Shown here: positions 32,427-42,958 of the stretch, piece by piece
Numbering within the stretch: position 1 is the first letter of the stretch
Layout of the letters: each line of letters begins with the position of its first letter
Source of the DNA: Gammaproteobacteria bacterium
Lineage (GTDB): Bacteria; Pseudomonadota; Gammaproteobacteria; SZUA-140
DNA: 64,000 nt
Direction: 5' to 3'
NCBI GenBank assembly: GCA_021648525.1
Contig: JAKISP010000001.1
Span: forward strand, 2,061 to 66,060
Notes under the pieces: model-generated
Database searches by the model: none
What the model was told of the DNA's origin: nothing
The model's input: the letters and a program-made list of their open reading frames with translations, nothing else
Program-made: the position numbers and the translations under genes

Positions 32427-33299
32427 GTGATCCCTGAGAATATCCCCATCAGGACGATGCCACAAAATAAATATAGATTCGTTATGCAACCGATTTTGAG
32501 CATTATCTTTAAGAAGAACAGCATCTCGACTTTTTGCCTTGTCTGTAGCATCTCTGCTCATGCTGAAAACACATTTGTTCTAGATTTCATGCCTGACGAT
32601 GGCGGCACAATGGGTTCATCCGCTAGCACCCCCTGGCTAATGCGCGGAAGCCTTCAGCTTCCAGAAATTGTGGTCGATCCAGACACTGGATTAGATTATT
32701 TCCATATCATTATGGGGGATCCTGACAGCGGTTTTATGCAAGATGTCTATATTGAACGCGGCTTCAGCTCTTTCCAGGGCGGGCCCGGTTCAGCAGTAGG
32801 CGGAGGTGGCAATGGTGGCAACAACATCACACCGCTCAATGCAAACTCAGGCACAGGCGAAGCAAATCCTCGTAAGGTCCTAGTCAGACAGGTTGTTTCT
32901 GATGGTGAAATATACATGGATTTTACCAAAGACAAGTTAGATCGAAAACCCAAAATCACACAGATGCTAACACTGCCTGACATGAGTTCTATTTTTCAGA
33001 TAGACATGAGTAACAGCACCTACGGTGACGACCTCACCCCTGGCGTGGTCTTTTACACCCTGCAGCTAGCAGACGACTATCAAGATCAGGCTGACTTTAA
33101 CTTCGCAACCGACATTCAGAAATCCATAATCGATGGTGGGCGCTACACATACACCAACGGCTCTGGGCCCGGCGGCTCGGCAGGCACCTATAACTACGAC
33201 CAGGGCAACTTTGATATTGATGCCGTTTCATGGGAAGTTTACTTTGACCACAGCATCGAAAACCCGTGGTCAAATCCCGCCAACAAACCACAGCCATAG
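32427..33299 (+). CDS. Hypothetical secreted acidic, Gly-rich protein (start uncertain: 32427/32457/32484)
   Basis: Signal-like segment ending SAHA; 290-codon ORF divergent from the adhesin. Confidence 0.7.
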   Translation: MIPENIPIRTMPQNKYRFVMQPILSIIFKKNSISTFCLVCSISAHAENTFVLDFMPDDGGTMGSSASTPWLMRGSLQLPEIVVDPDTGLDYFHIIMGDPDSGFMQDVYIERGFSSFQGGPGSAVGGGGNGGNNITPLNANSGTGEANPRKVLVRQVVSDGEIYMDFTKDKLDRKPKITQMLTLPDMSSIFQIDMSNSTYGDDLTPGVVFYTLQLADDYQDQADFNFATDIQKSIIDGGRYTYTNGSGPGGSAGTYNYDQGNFDIDAVSWEVYFDHSIENPWSNPANKPQP

Positions 33300-33331
33300 A
33301 AAGCCCAGCACAGCCAAAAATCGCGCGTTGC

Positions 33332-33551
33332 TTGCAGATACAATACAAAACCAGCTATAATGCTTTAACTTGTCTGGACGCCTGTGGTCATACGTCCTCT
33401 GCTAAACAGTAGCAGTAAACAGATAACAGCACTGCTACCGCTCCCAGAGCCGGATCGCAGCGCACCCTGAACTGAATAATCAGATCACCCCGCCTCAGAC
33501 CGCACCAGGTGAAACACTTTGGTAGGCGCGCTTTAGGAGCTTATATTTTAG
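33332..33551 (+). promoter_or_regulatory. Sigma70 promoter and ~185-nt structured 5' leader of rhlE
   Basis: TTGCAG-N18-TATAAT (33332-33361); hairpins at 33376-33397, 33409-33438 and 33491-33528; AGGAG RBS. Confidence 0.6.
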
Positions 33552-35093
33552 ATGTCATTTAACACCCTCGGCCTGAAGGCTGAACTACTTCGTGCGATTG
33601 AAACACAAGGCTATACCATCCCAACCCCGGTACAGTCTCAGGCAATTCCAGCCATTTTAAAAGGCGGTGATATCCTTGCTGGTGCGCAGACAGGTACCGG
33701 CAAAACAGCAGCCTTTACCCTGCCAATGCTGCAACGGCTTTCAGACGCGACAACCGAAACAACCACCAAACGTAAACGTGCCGTACGCGCGCTGGTGTTA
33801 ACGCCAACCCGTGAACTTGCTGCACAGGTCGCGGAAAGCACACAAAATTACGGCAAACATCTCGCGCTCAAATCTACCGTTGTATTTGGCGGGGTAAATA
33901 TTAAACCCCAGATCGATAAATTGCGCCAGGGCGTCGATATCATCGTCGCCACACCAGGCCGCCTGTTAGATCACGCCACACAAAAAACGGTTGATCTATC
34001 CAAGGTTGAAATTCTGATACTGGATGAAGCAGACCGCATGCTTGATATGGGGTTTATCAATGACATCAAAAAAATTCTCGCGCTCATCCCTGATAAACGT
34101 CAGAACCTTCTATTCTCTGCCACCTATTCGAGCGAGATTAAACAGTTAGCACAGCAACTTTTGCATGAGCCAACAATGATTGAGGTTGCGCGTCAAAATA
34201 CAGCCACTGAAACAGTATCACAGCTGGTACATCCAGTAGATCGCGCACGCAAACGCGAACTGCTCACTCACATCATTGACACTGGTGAATGGAAGCAGGT
34301 ACTTGTTTTTACTCGCACCAAACACAGTGCCAATCGCCTCAGCAAACAACTAGAACAGAGCGGCATTACCTCCGCTGCTATCCATGGTAACAAGAGTCAG
34401 GCGCAACGTACCAAAGCGCTAAAATCCTTTAAAACAAACGGTATTCGCGTATTAGTTGCTACCGATATCGCCGCGCGTGGACTCGATATTGACCAACTGC
34501 CACACGTGGTTAACTTTGAATTACCTAATGTTGCAGAAGATTATGTTCATCGCATTGGTCGTACCGGGCGCGCTGGTAACGAAGGTGAAGCGGTATCACT
34601 AGTCTGCATTGATGAGCTAAAGCTACTTAATGGCATTGAAAAACTGATTGAACGTGACATCAAAAAAGAGACGGTCGAGGGATTTGCACCCGACCCCGCC
34701 ATTAAGGCAGAAGTGATCCCTAATGGCCGCAATAACAATGGCGGAAGGCAACAGCAAAACCGACGCCCGAGTTCACAGGCAAAGCCCGCACGCAATGGCA
34801 CATCACAGCGTAAGCAACCCGCTCAACGCAGTCGAAACAACAATCAGCCAAATAAAAATCGACAGCATCACAGTGGCCCCTCTACACAGGAACTACACCA
34901 GCACCAGGCGAGCGATGGGATGGGGCTTCAGGTCGATCCACCACAGGGTACTGGCGAGGTTAATGGCAACAGCATTCACTATAAGCCAAGCCAGCCAAAG
35001 CAGGTCAAACGCCAGGGGCAGAACCGAAACAAAAACAGCAATAAAGGCAGCAATAAAAAGCCGCGCGAAGTGGCATCGCTATTTGGTGGTTAG
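33552..35093 (+). CDS. rhlE: DEAD-box RNA helicase RhlE with long disordered C-terminal tail
   Basis: [44 protein letters not shown]. Confidence 0.93.
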   Translation: MSFNTLGLKAELLRAIETQGYTIPTPVQSQAIPAILKGGDILAGAQTGTGKTAAFTLPMLQRLSDATTETTTKRKRAVRALVLTPTRELAAQVAESTQNYGKHLALKSTVVFGGVNIKPQIDKLRQGVDIIVATPGRLLDHATQKTVDLSKVEILILDEADRMLDMGFINDIKKILALIPDKRQNLLFSATYSSEIKQLAQQLLHEPTMIEVARQNTATETVSQLVHPVDRARKRELLTHIIDTGEWKQVLVFTRTKHSANRLSKQLEQSGITSAAIHGNKSQAQRTKALKSFKTNGIRVLVATDIAARGLDIDQLPHVVNFELPNVAEDYVHRIGRTGRAGNEGEAVSLVCIDELKLLNGIEKLIERDIKKETVEGFAPDPAIKAEVIPNGRNNNGGRQQQNRRPSSQAKPARNGTSQRKQPAQRSRNNNQPNKNRQHHSGPSTQELHQHQASDGMGLQVDPPQGTGEVNGNSIHYKPSQPKQVKRQGQNRNKNSNKGSNKKPREVASLFGG

Positions 35094-35151
35094 TTCACAC
35101 CACGACCAAACAGATACTCAACAACTGACATAAAACTAACTTTCAGGAAAA

Positions 35152-36774
35152 ATGCCCGTGCTGTCTACCGCCAACATTACCATGCAATTCGGTGCCAAAC
35201 CGTTATTTGAAGACATCTCCGTTAAATTTAGTGGCAATAATCGCTACGGTTTGATTGGCGCTAACGGCTGTGGAAAATCAACGCTGATGAAAATCCTTGG
35301 CGGCGATCTTGAACCAAGCGCGGGTAACGTCATCATTGGTGAAAATGAGCGTGTCGGTAAACTACGACAGGATCAATTTGCCTTCGAAGAACACTCCGTC
35401 ATCGACACTGTCATTATGGGGCATGCTGAGCTGTGGAAAGTCAAAAAAGAACGCGACCGCATCTATAGTCTGCCAGAGATGTCAGAAGAAGAAGGAATGA
35501 AAGTGGCTGAGCTCGAAGTTGAATTTGGTGAGCTTGACGGCTACACCGCCGAATCTCGCGCAGGCGAACTACTGCTCGGTCTGGAAATCTCAATAGAACA
35601 GCACTTTGGACTGATGAGCGAAGTAGCACCCGGCTGGAAACTGCGTGTACTACTGGCCCAGGCACTATTCTCTAATCCAGACATCATGCTGCTTGATGAG
35701 CCAACCAATAACCTCGACATCAACACCATTCGCTGGCTCGAAGATATCCTCAACCAGCGTAGTTGCACCATGATTATCATCTCGCATGATCGTCACTTTC
35801 TCAATAGCATCTGTACCCATATGGCTGACCTTGATTACGGCGAGCTACGCATCTATCCAGGCAACTATGATGAGTACATGACGGCAGCAACACTCGTGCG
35901 TGAAAGACAGTACGCCGACAACGCTAAAAAGAAGGCGCAAATCGCAGAGCTGCAAACTTTTGTTAGCCGTTTCTCAGCTAACGCATCAAAAGCAAAACAG
36001 GCAACCTCACGCGCAAAACAGATCGATAAAATCAAGCTCGACGAGATTAAGCCTTCTAGTCGTATCAGCCCTTTTATCCGTTTTGACCAGGAAAAGAAGC
36101 TGCACCGTCTGGCACTGGAAGTGACAGACCTTGCTAGGGGATTTGATGGTGACATTCTGTTTGAAAACCTGAATTTGATGGTGGAAGTTAGCGAACGTAT
36201 CGCGATCATTGGCCCCAATGGTATCGGTAAAACAACCCTGCTACGCAGCCTGGTTGGCGACCTTGTGCCTGACAACGGCCTCGTCAAGTGGTCAGAGAAT
36301 GCAAATCTTGGCTATTTCTCACAGGATCATTCACATGACTTTTCAGACGATATGAGCCTGTTCGACTGGATGAGCCGCTGGGGAAGGCAGGGGGATGATG
36401 AACAGACCATTCGCGGCACCCTGGGCCGCCTGTTATTCTCTCGTGATGAGTGCGAAAAATCAGTTAAGGTTATTTCTGGTGGTGAACAAGGGCGCATGCT
36501 ATTTGGCAAAATCATGCAGCAGCTACCCAACATCATGCTAATGGATGAACCTACCAATCACCTAGATATGGAATCGATCGAAGCACTTAACCTTGCACTG
36601 GCTAACTATCCCGGCACACTGTTTTTCGTAAGTCACGACCGAGAGTTCGTCTCATCATTAGCGACACGCATCATCGAACTAACACCCAATGGACTCGTCG
36701 ATTATCACGGTAGCTATGATGAATACCTACGTAGTCAGGGCATAGAGGAAACAAAGCAGAAAGCTGCTAGCTAA
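35152..36774 (+). CDS. ybiT: ABC-F family ATPase YbiT
   Basis: Two ABC domains with no [36 protein letters not shown]. Confidence 0.93.
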   Translation: MPVLSTANITMQFGAKPLFEDISVKFSGNNRYGLIGANGCGKSTLMKILGGDLEPSAGNVIIGENERVGKLRQDQFAFEEHSVIDTVIMGHAELWKVKKERDRIYSLPEMSEEEGMKVAELEVEFGELDGYTAESRAGELLLGLEISIEQHFGLMSEVAPGWKLRVLLAQALFSNPDIMLLDEPTNNLDINTIRWLEDILNQRSCTMIIISHDRHFLNSICTHMADLDYGELRIYPGNYDEYMTAATLVRERQYADNAKKKAQIAELQTFVSRFSANASKAKQATSRAKQIDKIKLDEIKPSSRISPFIRFDQEKKLHRLALEVTDLARGFDGDILFENLNLMVEVSERIAIIGPNGIGKTTLLRSLVGDLVPDNGLVKWSENANLGYFSQDHSHDFSDDMSLFDWMSRWGRQGDDEQTIRGTLGRLLFSRDECEKSVKVISGGEQGRMLFGKIMQQLPNIMLMDEPTNHLDMESIEALNLALANYPGTLFFVSHDREFVSSLATRIIELTPNGLVDYHGSYDEYLRSQGIEETKQKAAS

Positions 36775-36791
36775 AACATCCCGACAACACA

Positions 36792-36820
36792 CTGAGTCAG
36801 GGAAAACCTCTCTGACTCAG
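36792..36820 (+). terminator. Hairpin after ybiT, probable terminator
   Basis: CTGAGTCAG...CTGACTCAG 9-bp stem; weak U tract. Confidence 0.45.
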
Positions 36821-37043
36821 CCTCTTCATCCCTCTTTTATTATCTGACACTACCAGATATGAACACGGCTATTATGGCCATGCTTACTGTGGACTATCCT
36901 GTCCACTAAATGCAGAAAGCTGCTGATTCGCAGCTTTAATAATGTTGCTAGCGACTCCCCTCAAAAACACTATCAAAATACCAGCTACCACTCATGCAAA
37001 CATGGCGTTACAATACAGATTGAAAATACAATAACAAATAACG

Positions 37044-37739
37044 ATGCCGTCCTCACAAACGCCCAGGTACAAAATCCGCATCAGCCAGCGAGCCAAACGG
37101 ATGCAGCTCAAAGTGTCCCCGCTCGGCACAATAGAAGTTGTGCTGCCCAAAAACATTAATGCAAAACATGTACCTCTATTTGTGGCAGAACATCAGCACT
37201 GGATCGAGCAGACACAAAAACAGATGGCAGCACTCTATCCGCCCGAAGAGTTACTACCAGGTTCACTCAATTTCGCTGCAACCAATCAACAGTGGCAGTT
37301 AAAATACTGTGAAGGAAAGCGCGCTCGCGTTGCAGAAATCAACAATTCCCTGACAGTCTATAGCCAGGATGACAACGGCGCCCAAAAAGCACTGCAACAG
37401 TGGCTAAATCGACGTGCTGATGAAACACTTATTCCGTGGCTACACAATGTCAGTAATGAACTGAAACTAACATTCAAGCGCGCTATCGTTCGTGCCCAGA
37501 AAACACGCTGGGGCAGCTGCTCATCAAACGGCACCATCAGCATCAACCGCGCGCTGCTATTTATGCCACCCGAGACAGTGCGTTATCTCTTCATTCATGA
37601 ACTATGCCATACAAAAGAGATGAATCACTCACCTCGCTACTGGGCATTCGTCGAAAGCCACATGCCCGGCTACCAACAGCATGAACAGATATTAAGCAAA
37701 GGCATAAGACTGATTCCACGCTGGGCACTCATCACATAA
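37044..37739 (+). CDS. YgjP/DUF45 (M48/SprT-like) zinc metalloprotein
   Basis: QKTRWGSCS, YLFIHELCH, NHSPRYW. Confidence 0.9.
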   Translation: MPSSQTPRYKIRISQRAKRMQLKVSPLGTIEVVLPKNINAKHVPLFVAEHQHWIEQTQKQMAALYPPEELLPGSLNFAATNQQWQLKYCEGKRARVAEINNSLTVYSQDDNGAQKALQQWLNRRADETLIPWLHNVSNELKLTFKRAIVRAQKTRWGSCSSNGTISINRALLFMPPETVRYLFIHELCHTKEMNHSPRYWAFVESHMPGYQQHEQILSKGIRLIPRWALIT

Positions 37740-37785
37740 AACTGCGTTTACTCAATAACGCACATTGCCATACAGGGAGATACAA

Positions 37786-38040
37786 ATGAACAAGTTATGC
37801 CAAAGCTGTGGAATGCCTCTGAAACGCGACCCTAACCGTGGTGGCAGCAATGCAGATGGCAGTAAAAGCAACGACTATTGCAGCCACTGTTACGTCAATG
37901 GTGCCTTTGCTCAACCAGAAATAAACGCCGCAGAGATGCGCCAACTCTGCATTAATAATATGACTGCCGGCGGCGTTCCAAAAATTTTAGCGCGGTTACT
38001 CACAAAGAGAATTCCAGAACTCAAACGCTGGTCGGCTTAA
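37786..38040 (+). CDS. Small zinc-ribbon protein
   Basis: CQSCGMPL...YCSHCY...IPELKRW; GGAG RBS before ATG 37786. Confidence 0.85.
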   Translation: MNKLCQSCGMPLKRDPNRGGSNADGSKSNDYCSHCYVNGAFAQPEINAAEMRQLCINNMTAGGVPKILARLLTKRIPELKRWSA

Positions 38041-38224
38041 TAAAGATGCAATCAGTCAGCAATTCGCCTATACAATGAGGCAGGTTTAATCATCCACCAA
38101 ACATCACCCGCTGATGACCATCAGCGCTTTCAACCTGTGGGCTCCTCTATAACGACAGCACTTAGCAATACACAAAGCAAAAAGTCACGCTATAATGATC
38201 GTTCACACAATTGGATTACACAAT

Positions 38225-38383
38225 ATGAATCGTGGTTATGCCGCTTTATACCTGATTACAGCTGTATTCTTTTATCTCGGGTGGAAGACGCGAAAAACAA
38301 ACCCGCTGCTGTCAACCGCACTGTATACCGTTGCAACCATTATCACCGTGCTATTAATTGGCGGCCACTTTGGGTTGCTCTGA
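38225..38383 (+). CDS. Putative 52-aa two-TM small membrane protein
   Basis: MNRGYAALYLITAVFFYLGWKTRKTNPLLSTALYTVATIITVLLIGGHFGLL; TATAAT at 38191. Confidence 0.5.
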   Translation: MNRGYAALYLITAVFFYLGWKTRKTNPLLSTALYTVATIITVLLIGGHFGLL

Positions 38384-38392
38384 CAAAGCAAG

Positions 38393-39328
38393 TTACGGAA
38401 TCAAGCGAATATCATCCAGATAAAATTCCCGTCGCATCTCTGTTCTGCTCAGAAATAAAATCATCTTTCTAACTTTACCCAGGTCTAACAGACGTGATTT
38501 AGGCCCATTAACAACATCAGCCAATGGAATCAAAAGCGTATTGGCTCCAGTATTAATCTGATACTGTCCATTATATCGATCACCATAATCCGGCGAGTTA
38601 CTGCTCCCATCATCAATACGAATATTCAGTTTAAATGGTTTACCAACATTATAAAGCTCAATATTTAAGAATTGGTAACCGCGCCAGTCCTGATCTCCCG
38701 CCGAGTAGCGCGCACCACTCCAGGTATTATCGGTCGTTTTCGTTTTTAGTGACTTCGAGCCAACGACAACATGCTTATCTGAAAGCGATGTAGAGGTACC
38801 GATACCATGCGCCTTCCACAGCCTTTTTTCTAAATCACGCTCAAAACCACCCAATACTGGAAATTGTTGATCTCGCAACCACACGGCACGCCACTCGTTC
38901 AACGCAGGTTGCACTACCCAGACTAGCGTCAACACTAACAATAACAGGTAAACTCCTTTGAACAGCTGACGCGACTGTCTACGCCAGACAATTATCCCAC
39001 TGAGCGCGAGAAATACCCCTAGCAACCCCATCTGCACATCTGCAAATGATGCCGTTCTTCCAACATAAGGCTGTACCAGCTCAACGGCAACCATTAACAA
39101 CACAGAGATTACCATTGAGAAGACTATCGCACGCCATTCTCCATATGGTTCAACAGCAAAATAAAATAAGCCACTCAACAAAATAAAGGCAAATGCATGC
39201 CCAGCATCCATTGTTTTCATCACTGCAACTGGATTAGCACTACTACCAAATGGCACAAACGCAAGCAGCGCAAAGAGCGCCAGCATGACAAAAACCGCCA
39301 TCAGATAAGTTTGTTTAAATACGGCCAT
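38393..39328 (-). CDS. VanZ-like membrane domain fused to a carbohydrate-binding-like beta-sandwich
   Basis: DAGHAFAF, VELVQPYVGRTASFAD; C-terminal DWRGYQFL...RIDD...FYLDDIRL. Confidence 0.75.
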   Translation of the reverse strand: MAVFKQTYLMAVFVMLALFALLAFVPFGSSANPVAVMKTMDAGHAFAFILLSGLFYFAVEPYGEWRAIVFSMVISVLLMVAVELVQPYVGRTASFADVQMGLLGVFLALSGIIVWRRQSRQLFKGVYLLLLVLTLVWVVQPALNEWRAVWLRDQQFPVLGGFERDLEKRLWKAHGIGTSTSLSDKHVVVGSKSLKTKTTDNTWSGARYSAGDQDWRGYQFLNIELYNVGKPFKLNIRIDDGSSNSPDYGDRYNGQYQINTGANTLLIPLADVVNGPKSRLLDLGKVRKMILFLSRTEMRREFYLDDIRLIP

Positions 39329-39353
39329 TTAGATTTAAGTACTCATTCAACTT

Positions 39354-40061
39354 TTATCGAGAAAGAAATGAAATCATCCACTGCGCAATCAACTGTTCAT
39401 CTGTTCGCTGCTGCAATGAATCGATGCCGGCAGTATAAACTGATGCGCCCAATCGTTTACGACGAAAGCCCATTAAGGCCTCTGCATAAGGTTTTGAGAA
39501 CTCAGGGTGTCCCTGAATCGTAAGAATACTCTCATCTAGCTGAAACATCGCATACGGACAAAAATCACTGCCTGCAATTAATTTAGCCCCTGGTGGCAAT
39601 TCATCTACCTGATCCTGGTGACTCACCAGCACATGGCACACACCATCCATTGGCGTTGCCTCCATCCAGGGCACAGCAGTTGCCACCCGCATCGCGTGCA
39701 CACCCACCCCCCACCCTTTATCAGATTGACTTATTTTACCACCAAAAGCCTGAGCCACTAATTGATGACCAAAGCAGATCGCAATTAGCTTTATTTTCAC
39801 CTTTCGTAACCGAATAATAAAGGCCTGCAATACCCTGATCCACGCATTATCATCATATACACTGGCCTTACTACCCGTAGTGATATAGGCATCACACGCA
39901 TCAAGCGATGCAGGATAATGGCCAGCGACTACATCATAGACCTCATAGCTGAAAGCGCGCGCTAGCGGATGAAATAGAGAGGTGATCATCTCAGGATAGT
40001 CTCCGTACTGGCCCTTAAACTGCGATCTCACCGAGTCACACCGCAAGATCCCAACTTTCAT
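39354..40061 (-). CDS. Type 1 glutamine amidotransferase-like protein (possible gamma-glutamyl hydrolase)
   Basis: ITTGS, ICFGHQ, SHQDQV, QGHPEF catalytic triad motifs. Confidence 0.88.
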   Translation of the reverse strand: MKVGILRCDSVRSQFKGQYGDYPEMITSLFHPLARAFSYEVYDVVAGHYPASLDACDAYITTGSKASVYDDNAWIRVLQAFIIRLRKVKIKLIAICFGHQLVAQAFGGKISQSDKGWGVGVHAMRVATAVPWMEATPMDGVCHVLVSHQDQVDELPPGAKLIAGSDFCPYAMFQLDESILTIQGHPEFSKPYAEALMGFRRKRLGASVYTAGIDSLQQRTDEQLIAQWMISFLSR

Positions 40062-40200
40062 TTATTCATGCCCTTTAAAAAATCCATTAAAAAAAACCTG
40101 TTAAGAACATTTGAATTACGCGATAGTATTAGATACTTTATATCTATCGCTCCTATAATAGATAAGCAGTTTCGCACGATAACAAGGAAAAAGCGCCATA

Positions 40201-41568
40201 ATGCACGCCAGAGAAGTTAAGAGTATTGCCGATGCAAAAAACATCGTCAATGAGCGTAATATCCGTCATATAAAAATTGGTATTTTCGATATTGACGGTG
40301 TGTTACGCGGTAAATATATCTCACGAGACAAGTTCTTTTCTGCCCTCGACAAAGGCGCTGGTTTTTGCGATGTCGTTCTGGGCTGGGATAGCAAAGACCA
40401 GCTCTACGACAATGTTGATTTCACTGGCTGGCACACTGGCTATCCCGATGCACCTGTCCGTATCATCCCAGATTCGTGCCGCGACATCCCATTTGAAGAA
40501 GAGACACTCTTTTTCCTCGGCGAGTTTACCGCTGATGCAGCAGCACTCTGTCCTCGTGGACTGCTACAGCGCACGATCGAAAAAGCCAGTCAAATGGGCC
40601 TCTTTCCTAACGCTGGCTTTGAGTATGAGTTTTTCATCTTCGAAGAAACACGCGAATCCATTCGCAAAAAACAGTATCGAGATTTAACCCCGCTAGCACC
40701 TGGCAACTTTGGCTATTCGGTACTGCGCAATAGTGTAGATGCTGAAATCTACCAGCAAATCCTTGATCTTGGTGAAACAATGGATTTTCCAATCGAAGCA
40801 CTGCATGAAGAGACCGGCCCCGGCGTACTTGAAGCCGCCATCACTTACGACAGCGCCCTCAACGCCGCAGATAAGGCCGCCCTGTTCAAAACCTTCACCA
40901 AAATAGCAGTGCAACGCGCCGGACTGATGGCAACCTTCATGGCAAAATGGTCAGCAAACCACCCAGGGCAGAGTGGCCACATACATATCTCCCTCAATGA
41001 TGCTGAAGGCACCTCAATTTTTTATGATGCTAACAAACCAGATAACATGAGTGATACCATGCGCCATTTTGTTGCAGGCCAGCAACAATTCATGCCTGAA
41101 TTACTTGCCATGATCGCACCAACCATCAACTCGTACACTCGTCTGGTGCCGGGTTTTTGGGCACCCACCGTTGCCACCTGGGGTGTTGAAAATCGCACAT
41201 GTGCGCTACGCGTTATCACTGGTAACGCCAGCGCTCAACGTGTCGAATACCGGGTTGCGGCTGCTGATGCTAACCCTTACATCATCCTCGCTGCTGCACT
41301 GGCCTCAGGGCTAGCCGGTATTGAGCAGAAACTAGCGCCTGACGATAAGGTGAGTGGCAACGCCTATGAACAACAATTCCCCGCTGAGCGCCAACTACCC
41401 ACCACCCTGTGGGAGGCCGCGCAACGACTTAAAGGATCAAGCATGGCAAGGGGATATTTTGGAGATCACTTTGTCGATCACTACACCGCGAGTCGAGAGT
41501 GGGAGGAACGCGAATTCCGCAAACATATCACCGATTGGGAAATGGACCGCTACTTTGAGATCATATGA
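40201..41568 (+). CDS. Glutamine synthetase-like gamma-glutamyl ligase
   Basis: DIDGVLRGK, EYEFF, HEETGPG, FMAKW, SGHIH, NSYTRL, ENRTCALR, EYR; lacks GlnA adenylylation-site context. Confidence 0.88.
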   Translation: MHAREVKSIADAKNIVNERNIRHIKIGIFDIDGVLRGKYISRDKFFSALDKGAGFCDVVLGWDSKDQLYDNVDFTGWHTGYPDAPVRIIPDSCRDIPFEEETLFFLGEFTADAAALCPRGLLQRTIEKASQMGLFPNAGFEYEFFIFEETRESIRKKQYRDLTPLAPGNFGYSVLRNSVDAEIYQQILDLGETMDFPIEALHEETGPGVLEAAITYDSALNAADKAALFKTFTKIAVQRAGLMATFMAKWSANHPGQSGHIHISLNDAEGTSIFYDANKPDNMSDTMRHFVAGQQQFMPELLAMIAPTINSYTRLVPGFWAPTVATWGVENRTCALRVITGNASAQRVEYRVAAADANPYIILAAALASGLAGIEQKLAPDDKVSGNAYEQQFPAERQLPTTLWEAAQRLKGSSMARGYFGDHFVDHYTASREWEEREFRKHITDWEMDRYFEII

Positions 41569-42950
41569 TGCCGACCTTTAAAGTTATCTCACCCAACAAT
41601 AATCGCAGCTATGTAGAACGCACTTATGCGACCAATGCAAAGATCGAACACACACTGGAAAAGTCATTATTTGCACAGCGTGAATGGCGCAACACCCCTG
41701 TTGAGGTGCGAAAGAAAATCTGTCTCAAAGCCGTCAGCGCACTATTAGCAAGGCAATCAAGCATCGCCGAAGAGTTAAGTTGGCAGATGGGACGCCCCCT
41801 ACGCTACACCCCAGGTGAAATAAAAGGCTTTGCCGAGCGCGCTCGCCATATGGCCAGAATTGCCGCAAACAAACTTACCGATATTGAGATAGAGAGATCA
41901 ACAGAAAGCACAAAATTGATTCGCCGCACGCCACACGGCATTGTCTTCTCCATCGTGCCGTGGAACTACCCCTATCTCACCGCTGTGAATGTGATCATTC
42001 CTGCATTAATGGCCGGTAATAGCGTTATCATGAAGCCCTCATCGCAAACACCACTCACTGCTGAGCGCCTCTTTGATGCCTTTGACACGGCAGGCTTACC
42101 CGCCGGCCTGTTTCAGTACCTCTTTCTTGACCACCCCAGCACTGCAAAATTGATTCAGCACGATGCGATCAACTATGTCTCTTTTACCGGTTCAACTCAG
42201 GGCGGGCGCGACATTGAAGCCGCTGCCGTAGGACGTTTTATCGGTATCGGCCTGGAACTTGGCGGCAAAGACCCCGCCTATGTACGTCATGATGCCGAAC
42301 TAGAACATGCCGTTGAACATTTGATCGACGGGGCATTTTTTAATTCTGGACAATCCTGTTGCGGCATTGAACGAATTTATGTTCACAAAACGCTCTACCA
42401 GCAGTTTTGTGACAATTTTATTGAATTGACTCGTGAATACCGCCTCGGTGATCCGCTCCACCCCGATACCACACTCGGCCCGATGGTTAACGCCATTGCT
42501 GCCACACGCGTACGCGATCAAATCAGCGATGCAATTAAACAAGGGGCCACACCAACCATTGATGAAAAACGTTTTACAGCAAGCAAGGCTGGCACCGCTT
42601 ACCTTGCCCCACAAGTGCTGCTGAATGTTGACCATTCCATGTCAGTCATGCGCGATGAAAGCTTTGGGCCTGTCGTCGGCATTATGTCTGTCGATTCAGA
42701 TGAACAGGCGATCAAGCTAATGAACGACTCACCTTACGGCCTGACGGCCTCAATCTGGACCACCGATCAGGAATCGGCACTGAACATCGGCAACCAATTG
42801 GAGACAGGAACCTGTTTCATGAATCGCTGTGACTACCTCGATCCAGCACTGGCATGGAGCGGTGTGAAAAACTCAGGAAAAGGCTGCTCGCTTTCAGAGC
42901 TTGCCTATGAACGCCTCACCCAGCCAAAGTCATTTTATTTTAGTCACTGA
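41565..42950 (+). CDS. Aldehyde dehydrogenase
   Basis: PWNYP, FTGS, LELGGKDP, GQSCC, ESFGP. Confidence 0.95.
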   Translation: MMPTFKVISPNNNRSYVERTYATNAKIEHTLEKSLFAQREWRNTPVEVRKKICLKAVSALLARQSSIAEELSWQMGRPLRYTPGEIKGFAERARHMARIAANKLTDIEIERSTESTKLIRRTPHGIVFSIVPWNYPYLTAVNVIIPALMAGNSVIMKPSSQTPLTAERLFDAFDTAGLPAGLFQYLFLDHPSTAKLIQHDAINYVSFTGSTQGGRDIEAAAVGRFIGIGLELGGKDPAYVRHDAELEHAVEHLIDGAFFNSGQSCCGIERIYVHKTLYQQFCDNFIELTREYRLGDPLHPDTTLGPMVNAIAATRVRDQISDAIKQGATPTIDEKRFTASKAGTAYLAPQVLLNVDHSMSVMRDESFGPVVGIMSVDSDEQAIKLMNDSPYGLTASIWTTDQESALNIGNQLETGTCFMNRCDYLDPALAWSGVKNSGKGCSLSELAYERLTQPKSFYFSH

Positions 42951-42958
42951 CAAAAGCC

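Noticed and set aside
38137..38472. 111-aa ORF in the track
   Set aside because: Overlaps the convergent VanZ-like gene and lacks protein-like features; the 52-aa membrane ORF in another frame is more plausible
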